DNA of 62,782 bases, counting the filler, from Kipferlia bialata (lineage: Eukaryota), in assembly GCA_003568945.1 (NCBI GenBank). It is 7 parts of 7 records of this genome, joined end to end, with 100 filler letters (N's around TTAATTAATTAA, not from the genome) between each part and the next. Parts side by side here need not be neighbours in the genome. Positions count along the whole stretch, not along the records: positions 21,528 to 32,190 come from BDIP01001382.1; positions 32,291 to 42,947 come from BDIP01001383.1; 5 more parts are not named here. The stretch is one strand, 5' to 3'. The position numbers and the translations under genes were made by a program. The notes beneath the pieces are model-generated. The model was not told the origin of the DNA. It made no database searches and saw only the letters and a list, made by a program, of their open reading frames with translations. Below, piece by piece: positions 26,153 through 36,400 of the stretch (the first letter of the stretch is position 1; each line of letters starts with the position of its first letter).

Positions 26153-29100
26153 TTACATATCCCAGAGTCCCCATTCACTAAACACATCAATGTACCCATA
26201 TACACATATAGAGAGAGAGGGTAGGATACACAACATACCCATGTGTGTGATAGGGCTCCTGGCCATGAAGGCTGCAGCCTCGGCCTACGGTTAGCTTCCT
26301 ATATCAACCAAAATATTGCATCAACTAATCGGGTAACTGGAGGGAAAACATGTGCAGTATACCAGACTCCATACCTGACTAGCCATGACTGTGAATCCTG
26401 GCATAATGGCAGGTCTATCCTCTGTTGGCTTCTAATGGTTAGGTTGTTACAGAAAACAGTATGCATATAGAGATTATCACTTGATAATCGCTACCTTAGA
26501 GACGGCTTGCTAATCCTAGAGAGGGCTTACTTCATACTCAATGTATGATAGTCAGTACCACCAACAATAGTCACATACCCTGTATTGCAGAACGTGTCTC
26601 AGCTTCACACTGTTGCTCTCACAGAATGAGTCAATGTCCTTCTTCGACATACCCTCCTTGTTCTGATCACACTGCAGATTAGCGAGTAGACACTAGGTGA
26701 CTGGAACGTATTCATATGGCAAACGACCATTGTCTAGAGAACACAGTATGGTTACTGTATACATACACGTTAGAATGCACTGTCTACATACCGTGAACTT
26801 GACCCCGTAAGACGTCTTCTGGAGTGGACTGCTAAGGGGTTGCACGCTCGATGGGGAAAGAGCTGCCACACTAGGACTATCACTCCCACGAGCACCCTGG
26901 GTAGAGATCCTGAAGACATGCCTGCTGCCACTGCGAACCACCGCAGCTAACTGGCGATTAGAATGAATACAAAGGTTCTGACGTAATAGTACAATTATAT
27001 GAAACCAAGTGCAAGCAAACAAGGTGTTCCTGTACCTCCTCTGCATGACTCTGGAGCAGGATCCCTCTAAGAGAGCGCCACTTCACAGGAAGACCTATTG
27101 GGTGAGACCCAAAGCCCAACAAGACAACACTGAAACAACACACATATGGACCTCTGTGACCCAAACCTGTGTAGCAGGTATATATATATATAGTGTAACG
27201 TATATTTATATATACATATGTATATATAGTGTGAACCATACCTGTGTAGGGGTTGATGACACATACACCCCTGGGGTCATTGTTCTTCCTGGACTGCATG
27301 ACAGACAGGAGCTGGAGGGTTAGTAGTATACTATATCCAATACAATACAACGCAATACAACCTAGAGAGAATATACATATACCTGAATATCTATGACGCA
27401 GACACTGAATGGTGATATATATAGAGATGACTGCAAAGAGAAGAGACACATGAGATCAACACAAAACTCCTACCTCTCTTGGTGTGCACCCTGAGTAAGG
27501 TGTGCCGGAGAGGTCCCAGTCAACGTTCAGAACCCAGTCTGGTGTGAGGTAGGGATATACATAGTAGTGAGATAAGTGGAGGTACTAAAATACTCTATGA
27601 CTATTTGTTGTATAAGTATTGTAACGAGTGAAAGAGTTACATAGCTCCAGTGTGCACTGTAGCCAAGTACAGTATGAAACATTCTAAGATTGTACTTACA
27701 TGATCAAAGAATATACAGTATGATCACTATGGCATGATCATAATGTGATAGACTACCTGCTGCCTCGGCACTGAGACGCATACCATCCCCTGCCTCTGTG
27801 TCTATCTTGGACACAAAGACAGACTGCATAGCGGTGGAGACCAGGTCCAGGATATCGGGCCTGGCGTGAGGTTGTAGACACATATAATACTATGTGTATT
27901 AATACACGGGTATCATAACTGAATGAGATGGTCATAAATCACCCATCATACCTCCGCCAGTTTCCCTTCACAATTGCACGCACGGCCTGCTTCACCAAGG
28001 GAGACGCTGACATCAGGATAGGCAGAGATATCTATCACGTAACCATATTGAGAAGAAATCACTCTATATGTCATACCTGTTTGAAGAGATTTGGCTCCTA
28101 AGCACAGGGTGTCGTAGAAATACGAGTCAGAAGGCAGCTCCACAACTTGTCCCTTGACTGCTGCAATGACATGTCCTGGTACAGGGAAGCAGACAACGCA
28201 GGGGTAGTCGAGGGTGATGGTGTGCTCGGGGGCAGTTGGGTCAGCACCATGGTACAGCAGGTCATGGACTGGCGTAGGAATCATAAGAAGAGTGGAAACA
28301 TACCCTGACAATAGACGTATGGAATTCATGTGACAGGCTGAATAATACTTGTCACCGTACCTACTGCCATGTGGAAGCTCTTGAACTTGGCCTCACAATG
28401 GGAACAGTACACACTGTTGCGGTACTCCAACCCAGCGTGCATGGCCTATCAGTCAGTCACATTCATACATAAAGGGTGACACTCAGTGTAGTGTAGTGGC
28501 GATGAGAGCTCTGCAATAGTGTATATATAGTGTATATGTACAAACCTGCGGCACTGCCACATGTCCCAGTGTACTCCAAACACGCATGCACACACACATA
28601 TATTATATATATATAGACAGATATATAGATAGAATGTATATATAAGTATAAAGATATATAAGTATATAAAAATATTGTATAACTCACCAGGTAGCCATGT
28701 AAAGTACACAATATATATACTCTACGCATATACTACATATACATCCTCCTCACCTCTGGCACCACCTGTCCCACAGAGTCTATGACCTGCAGGTTGTCAG
28801 AGGTGACACTGTTTTCAACAGCTCTAGTGGGTTAGAGGGAAGGTATATCCAGAGAGGCATTCATATAGAGTATTATTAGTGTATGTATCAGAAAGGTGGG
28901 TACCTGACAACAGAGGTATATGAGTACTCCTCAGCAGGGGATGCGACTGAAGTCGACCCCTTCTCTAGGGTCATCCCTGTCAGCAATGTAGTGAGTGCAC
29001 TCTGCCTGATAACGGTGGCCAGGGTGTGGGCACAGAGGACATTGAAGTAGGGGTCGAATGCAGCATATAACTAAGGTTAGAGATATACATATATATATGA

Positions 29101-30968
29101 ATATAGTAAACTATGCATACGTATATATGCAGTAACACTACATAGGACATTGAAGTAGGGGTCGAAGGCAGCGTAGAGCTGGGGTTAGAGGCACATCAAT
29201 GACATATACTGATGATAGTAAGTAAGGATAATAATAAGACTATGATATGATATTATAGTATGCAAGGGGTATATATATTATGACTGGGACACTTCACCCC
29301 TACCTGCTGCTGTCTGGGGTCAGTCACACAACAACAACATATACTGATGCTAGTATGCAAGGGGTGTATAATATGATATGTTGTGATGTCAAAGTGACCT
29401 GCTGCTGTCTGGTGAGGGGCCACTGGTTCCAGTTAGACATGGACACCTTCTTGGACTTGGGAGAGGCACCTGGCAGTGAGGATAGGACGAAATATGTGTA
29501 TATAGCAACACTGTCTTCCAGTATAAATGATACAGTGAAGTATAGTAATTCTTCTTGGACTTGGGGGAGGCACCTGATAGTGAGGGGAAAGATATAAGAG
29601 AAGCGAATATGTACACTGACTTCCACATATATGATACATATACATACATACAAGAATATCTGCATACTATATATTATAGATACACACACACCTAGTCCGA
29701 GTGTCCCACAGACAACACCCACGTTCAGAGACCCTAGCCTATGGTGAGTACTAAACACACACAGATAAATATGGGTACCTTGCCTGAGTGTCTTTAGCAC
29801 TGTGTGTATGTACGGTAATACAGACGTATATATATACATATTGTATTCAATCATGCAGACACATTTATATGAATATACATATACACCTGAGTGTCTTTAG
29901 CACTGTGTGTATGCATGTGGTGGGTGGGAAGGGGACACCGAAGGACTTGGGATACATGGAACTGGGGGTGAGAATGTGACAAAGTGTAATGATAGGTATA
30001 GTTACACAACTATTGTAGCTGTAAGAATGCGAATGCCACCTATATATACATATACATATATATACATGTATATCTCTGCTACCTGTCACAGGTGGGGTCC
30101 TTGATCAGCAGCAGAGGGCGGCCTTCTGGGGTGAGGATACTCATACACACTAAGAGAGTATATCACTCTCCGTCTGCACTATGAACATATACAATATATA
30201 CTATGTGGGGGTGAAGAGAGTAGGGGGGGGGGGGCACGTACCCACTTCAGGATTGAGCAGGCGTGTGAAGATGGGGTTGCTCTGTGCCACACTCTCCCCT
30301 GTGCCTATACGCACATACAGCACAAACACCCTGTCCAGAGTGGCTAGCTGGGGGTGATGGTGATTGCTAACTGCTGGCTGATACTAGCAGAATGCGGCCA
30401 TTGCTGATGGAAGATAATGAAATGCAAAGTGTAATGTCAGGAAGACAGTGAGGGGGGGGAGAGGGTATAATCCATACCTGGATGATTGAGATTGGGTTGA
30501 ATCCACCCTTCTGGAAACAGGGCTTCCACTCACTGCTAGTCAGATGGATAGTGGAGAACTATATAGGTAAACTCAGGGGGGGAGGGGGGGGGGGGGAATT
30601 CTAACGACCCACATAGGATTGTAGGACAATGTAATACAAGCACGTACAAGTCTATGCCCACTATTGGCTGTGCCATGAGGTAGGTACAGGCGGCAGCTGA
30701 GGCAGATACCTGGGGGAAGAGGGGTAATGTATTGAGTATTGGAAGACACTAAGACACTCACATACGTACAGCAGTCACATAGGGTGATAAACAAGAGATA
30801 CCAATCACGCTGTTGACGTGAAACATATATGCCCCTATTGTATACATATCTCGATGTACCTCACTCTGAGTGTTCGAGGACAGGTTGATGAAGTGACAGG
30901 GGGGGCGGTGGTCTGAGGATGAGTGGGGAGAGAGACAGAGGGAGAGACAGAGAATGCGTGTAGGTACT
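26153..30968 (-). CDS. DEDDy 3'-5' exonuclease (WRN/EXD/Mut-7 type) with C2H2 zinc finger and unknown C-terminal region
   Basis: Phase-consistent splicing gives ExoI IVGIDFEWKPCFQKGGFNPISIIQ|LATLDRVFVL, ExoII KDPTCD, ExoIII SMSNWNQWPLTRQQQ|LYAAFD, then YCSHCEAKFKSFHMAVVHDLLYH (C-x2-C-x3-F-x8-H-x4-H). 3' end approximate. Confidence 0.85.
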
Positions 30969-31027
30969 GGAAGTGTGTGTGTGTGAGAGGGGGGGGGGGG
31001 GGGGGTGGATGCCCCCCCGGGGGGGGG

Positions 31028-31070
<43 letters not shown>

Positions 31071-31211
31071 TAATATATTGTGTATCCACTACCTCTGCCT
31101 TGACCACTGTCATGGGCATGGGGTCCAGGGACAGTGTACTATATATTCTATATCCACTATATATATATATATATATATACTGTATACTATACATATACAC
31201 ACTGTATATAC

Positions 31212-32167
31212 CTCTGCCTTGACCACTGCCATGGGCATTGGGTCCAGGGAGAGGGTCTTGAGGTGGGCGAGACACTGGGGTGAGGAAGTGTATATGTGGG
31301 GAGGGGGATGAGAGAGAGAGAGAGAGGGAGTACCTGGTCATTGATGTCCACTGCCAGGGATGTCACCCATATAGAGTATAGAGTCTATACCAGATAGTAT
31401 ATATTGAAAGTATACATATGAATATATATGTGTACCTGATCGTTGATGTCCACAGCCACCAGGGAGGTGACACTCTCAGCAGAATACATACATAGTATAT
31501 ATAGAAAGTATATGTATATATATATGAATATTGTGTGTGCCTGGTCGTTGATGTCCACAGCCACCAGGGAGGTGACCCTGTCAGCAGAGGCAGCGGCAAT
31601 GCGCTTCAGAAGAAGGCCAGTGCCTAGCAGTGAGAGGGAGAGGGGGAAGGGGAGGCGGGAGACAGAGTAGAATACTTGTATTGTCTATCACGACATACAT
31701 TACACGCAAGGAACTTGAAGGCCAGTGCCTAGCAGTGAGAGAGAGAGGGGGTGGGGGTTACAGGACTGTACCTGTCCACTCACTGCCAAAGAGTATCTAT
31801 ATAAAGACGGATCATACCTAGCAGCATGTTTATCCGTAGAGAGAGAGACCTATGAATACATACACGCACTGTACCTGCACACACATAGGCACTATCAGAG
31901 AGTCTATATATACATAAATAAACAACATATACTACATATACTACATATACCACATACCCTAGACAGTATGTAAATGCATATATAGCTACAATGTACCTGC
32001 ACAGACATCTGCCATGGCCCCTTGGCATCTAAGAGTACATATATATATATATACTATATATATACTATATCTATATATTGAATCTATACTCTATATACTG
32101 TACCTGCACAGACATCTGCCATGGCCCCTGCCCTTGGCATCTGGTCCACAAGGAAGGGGACATAGGT
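31212..32167 (-). CDS. Class I SAM-dependent methyltransferase exons (HEN1-like N-terminal half), 5' truncated; possibly the same gene as the exonuclease
   Basis: Exons 32104-32167, 31541-31623 and ~31212-31275 give TYVPFLVDQMPRAGAMADVCAG|TGLLLKRIAAASADRVTSLVAVDINDQ|CLAHLK, containing motif I DxxAGTG and the acidic post-beta2 VAVDIN. Exon 2 has a GC donor. Confidence 0.7.
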
Positions 32168-32190
32168 CTGTGGGGTTAGAGAGAGAGAGA

Positions 32191-32290
32191 NNNNNNNNNN
32201 NNNNNNNNNNNNNNNNNNNNNNNNNNNNNNNNNNTTAATTAATTAANNNNNNNNNNNNNNNNNNNNNNNNNNNNNNNNNNNNNNNNNNNN
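32191..32290. other. Artificial contig spacer
   Basis: N44-TTAATTAATTAA-N44. Confidence 0.99.
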
Positions 32291-32376
32291 GAGGTGTTTT
32301 TTTTCCCCCCCGCCCCCCCCCCCCCCCCCTCCCTCTCTCCCCAATCCCCCTCTTATTGTCCCCTCTAATAGTCCAG

Positions 32377-33170
32377 GCCCTGCCTCTGGCATCAACCTGG
32401 CTGCCTGGGGTGCAGTGCAGACTACTATGCAGCTGATGCTGGCCAGGAGTGGGGTGGGTGTGTCTGACACAGTGGCGTCTGGCCTGGCAGGTGGCATGAG
32501 TGCCCTCAGGATATCCCCTGAGTATGGGGTCATGACGACATTCCTCGGTGGGTGGCATGTATATAGTGTGACCCATATACTATACACACCTCTCTGTCAC
32601 TGTATATGTATGTGTATGCACCCCTCCCACCCCCAGGCACTGGTATCAACAGAGTGGTGGGCACTGCTGTACAGACTGGTATTCAGACTGCCATGGGGGT
32701 GGTCAAGAAGGTATGGGGCGCATATATATATTTTATTGCATATCATATGTGTCGTAGCTGAGTATACTACGAGTCCACTATTCTTTAAGTTCACCCCCCC
32801 CCCCCCTCATCCTCTCACCCTTCAGGCCGGTGCCGCTGTGGCATCAGTCAAGCAGTTCCAAACAAAGGTACATAGGACAGTGTGTTTAGTATATAGATTA
32901 TTATATGTATAGTATATAGAATACATAGTGAATATAGATTGACAGTAAGGTATATTGTATTGTATATGGTATATATATGGTATATATACTCATATCAAGG
33001 TTGATGGGTACAGGGCAGAGTACCAGGCCCTGCAGGCCAAGGGTGGGTCTGCACCTGACACACCCGCCAAGGCACTGGGGGAGAAGGCAGCCCAGAGTGT
33101 ATTGGGCCAGGGCAGTGCTGCATTTGCCAGACAGGCCACTAGGGGTGGGGGGAGCCGGTTTGGCCAGTGA
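32377..33170 (+). CDS. Tim17/Tim22/Tim23-family inner-membrane translocase, 5' truncated, with C-terminal extension
   Basis: PASGINLAAWGAVQTTMQLML...TVASGLAGGMSALRISP matches the Tim17 pattern P-x-x-G-x-N-F-x-x-W-G...G-x-x-x-G-G-x-x-A-x-R. Four exons, TGA at 33168-33170. Confidence 0.6.
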
Positions 33171-33441
33171 TGGGCGGCTGCATATGGTTGATCCATGTAC
33201 CTCTCTTTTAAGGAGTGTTTCATTAGCAGTGGGTTAATATCGTTGTCGATTTGTAGGAGGACTTCGTTGCCAAGGGTTCATATGCAATAGATGCCTCTTT
33301 CGTTACTCCAGAATACAATGTACACGCCCTAGCAATAAACGTAATAATCTAATGTACAGTTGGGAGTATGATACAATTACAGGCTGAGGGTTACACCTCT
33401 AACCCCTCTAAGATGGCCACTCAACTGAGCCTGAGTCCTCC

Positions 33442-36400
33442 TTAGTACCAGCTAGATGGGTCCTTGACGCCCTGGGTTCCTGAGGTGGTCACAGGGGTAC
33501 CGGGTACACTGGTAGTCTCTCTCCCAGCGTATATATGAGCGAAGAGGTCCTTCTCAGGGTCTGCTGGCCGGTAGTTCACTACAGGTCTCAGGGGTGCAGT
33601 GAGGTCAAGGGCCCTTGGGGGTGGAGCGGGCTCTGGCTCAGACTCTGAGGGCTCTGGGGTTGGGAGCACCTGTACCACAGAGGCCAGAGGGGGGAGGGTG
33701 CGCTGCATTGGGACGTCCCCCCTGGCCCACACACGCAGTGCAGTCACTTGTGTACCAATGAGTGACAGACCCTTCTGCCATGCGTCTGCTGCCTTGGTAC
33801 CTGTGTCCCTCATCCACTGCATCCAGTCAGTCTCCCTAGCAGCCTTGGCCCACCCTACTACTCGTGAGGGTAGGGTAGGTACCGTCTCTACCACAGAGTG
33901 GTACCCACTGGAGCATAGGGCCATAGCCTTGGACCACCACACTGGGCATGCCTTGAAAACATCTGGGCCTACCACCATAAGAGTGAGGGCAAGCACTATC
34001 AAGGACCCCCAGCGCAGTACAGAACGCAGTGTCTCCCCCGACGCTCTGACAGCAGTCACAGAGGGAGACTGGGAGAGAAGCTGGGTGCCGTCCTCTGTCC
34101 ACACAGAGAGGAGGGTGTCCCCGGGGTAGGGTAGGGAGAGAGAGGCAGTGTATGTGGAGTCTGAGTCAGGGGTGGGGACTAGGGGGTACGCAGTGGCATT
34201 GACACTGACGGTATAGCTGGATGTGTCTGCTACTGGGTTCCCATAACAGTCTCTGATGTGTACTATTACATCAACCTCGGATGGACTATACAGGGTGTCA
34301 GGTACAGTCAGTACAGACGCAGCAGGGGAGGGAGCATCAGGCAGTATGGATACAGGGAATGACACAGACTCAGTGCCAACCACTATGTGTAGAGAGGCAG
34401 ACCCTGACCCCTGGGGCACAGGGACCTTGGCAGCAGATACATAGCCTAAGGAGGCCGGCACGGCTGGGAAGAGAGAGTACAGAGCAGCAGAGGAAGACCC
34501 GAACCCTGCAGAGACTGACACACCATCACTGGAGGCTGTGTTGCCATAGGCATCGAAAAGGGACACCTGAAAAACGGCACTTGACCCCGCGAGATAGGAG
34601 TCCTGACCCAGAACAGCATTCTCCAATGAGAGGTTCCCAGCAATGAGGGACACTGGGAACGTGTATATATCTTGGGTACCATCACCCACTGTAACGACAA
34701 CATCACACTCCCCTACCGTGGTGGGGAGTACAAGAGTGTCCAGTGTGTATACACCCCCAGTCCCCTGGGCAGTCATGGCCACTGCGTCAGACCCATCCGC
34801 GAGATAGCCCAGAGATACAGCCTCTGTGGATATGGGGTTGGAATAGGCATCAAAGAGGGTCAGGGTGGCCGTTGAGGTGGACCCTACTACAGTGGATGAC
34901 AGGGAGAGAGAGGATGCTGCCTTGGACACCTGACCTGGGTGGACAGATATAGGGTACTCCAGAGACACATCACCAACCTGCACATACAGGGTGTAGGTGC
35001 CCACGCTCTCGGGTACTGCGAGTGATGCAACAGTGTAGAGGAGAGTATCCGAGTCAAACACTAGAGCGTCAGAGGTCAGACCCTCTACACTGCAGTGTCC
35101 AGTAAGGTCAGGCACAACGTTCCCATACCGATCCAGTACTGTGACTGCGACACTGGCCAACTCACCTGCGGCACAGGTTGTTGTGTCTACGCTACAGTCA
35201 CTTGCAGACACGTCCCCCACCCCAACCACCACTGAGGTGGTAGCAAGGACCACATCAAGCGGGTTGATGGCCTCTATCACAGTGGTGCCCGTACCGTATA
35301 GGTACAGGGTAGATGGGAGGGAGTATGTCCCTGCTGAGGTGTCGTACACTGCGTTGTAACACACAGTGCTCTCCCCCTCCTCTGTTACGCACATGTCCAT
35401 GACCCATATCTTGGAGGTGGGGTATCTGTTCCCATAGGCATCGCCTAGCAGAAGAGTCAGGCCCACCTCCTCACCTGGGGCTATATACTCAGCAGAGGGT
35501 GTCAGACTCGATCCAAGGGGGCTGGGTGACCCGACTGTGAATGATACAGACAGCTCAATGGCAGGCACTGTATCCGATGTGTTAGGGTATAGACCCAGGG
35601 AGTATGCCCCAGCTATGTTGTCTGGGGCTGCTACTCTGGCATCTAGGGTCTGTGTCACACCGTTCCAGATGAGTGGCTCGGCACATGCAGACGCGGCCCT
35701 AGTTGGTACCAGACATGCATACCAAGTGGCAGATGGGGAGGAGAGGATGGGGTTACCCCAAGAGTCGATGGGCAGGATGTTGAAGGTACGCTCACCTCCT
35801 ACATACGCAGAGTCAGACACCAGAGTGGATAGAGAGGATACACCCCCTGCTTGTACTGAGACAGATCCAGTGAGGATGGGTGTCTGTACTGTGTACCCAC
35901 ACCCGAGCACGGCAAGGGAATAGGTGGAGGTGGCCACGTCTGTGAATGTGGGAGAGAGTGCCCAGAGTGAGGTATAGGGATCAAAGGACCCTAACGGGGA
36001 CATGACATCCCCATCATCTCCGGCATGTACCACCCTGACCTCACATGCAGAGGATACAACCACAGTGCCTGCATCGTCAACAAGCTGCACCTCTAGTTGG
36101 GATGGTACCCCTGCCACAGCAGGTAGGGGGGAGGGGGATAGGGTGGTGTGTGTAGCTGTGGGGGCACCAGCAGGTGATGCCAGTACATCCACCCCAGCAG
36201 ACACCTCTGCCCCATCTACTAGGGCATAGAGGGTGTGGGCACCTGAGAGAGAGGGGGCCTGGACAGATGCCTCAAACACACCTGTACTCTCTAGCCACTC
36301 AGCTGCAGAGTAGGTGTCATCATCACTCCACCTGACACCGACTAAGATAGTGTCGTCACCAGTCATGACACTCTGGGACAAGGAGTCTGTGAGACTGAAC

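Noticed and set aside
30989..31068. Poly-Pro/poly-Gly ORFs or a G-quadruplex element
   Set aside because: Intronic homopolymer of unreliable length and a likely assembly weak point.
29036..32142. CRISPR-like repeat-spacer array
   Set aside because: Each repeat is different and derives from the local exon; the context is eukaryotic and there are no cas genes.
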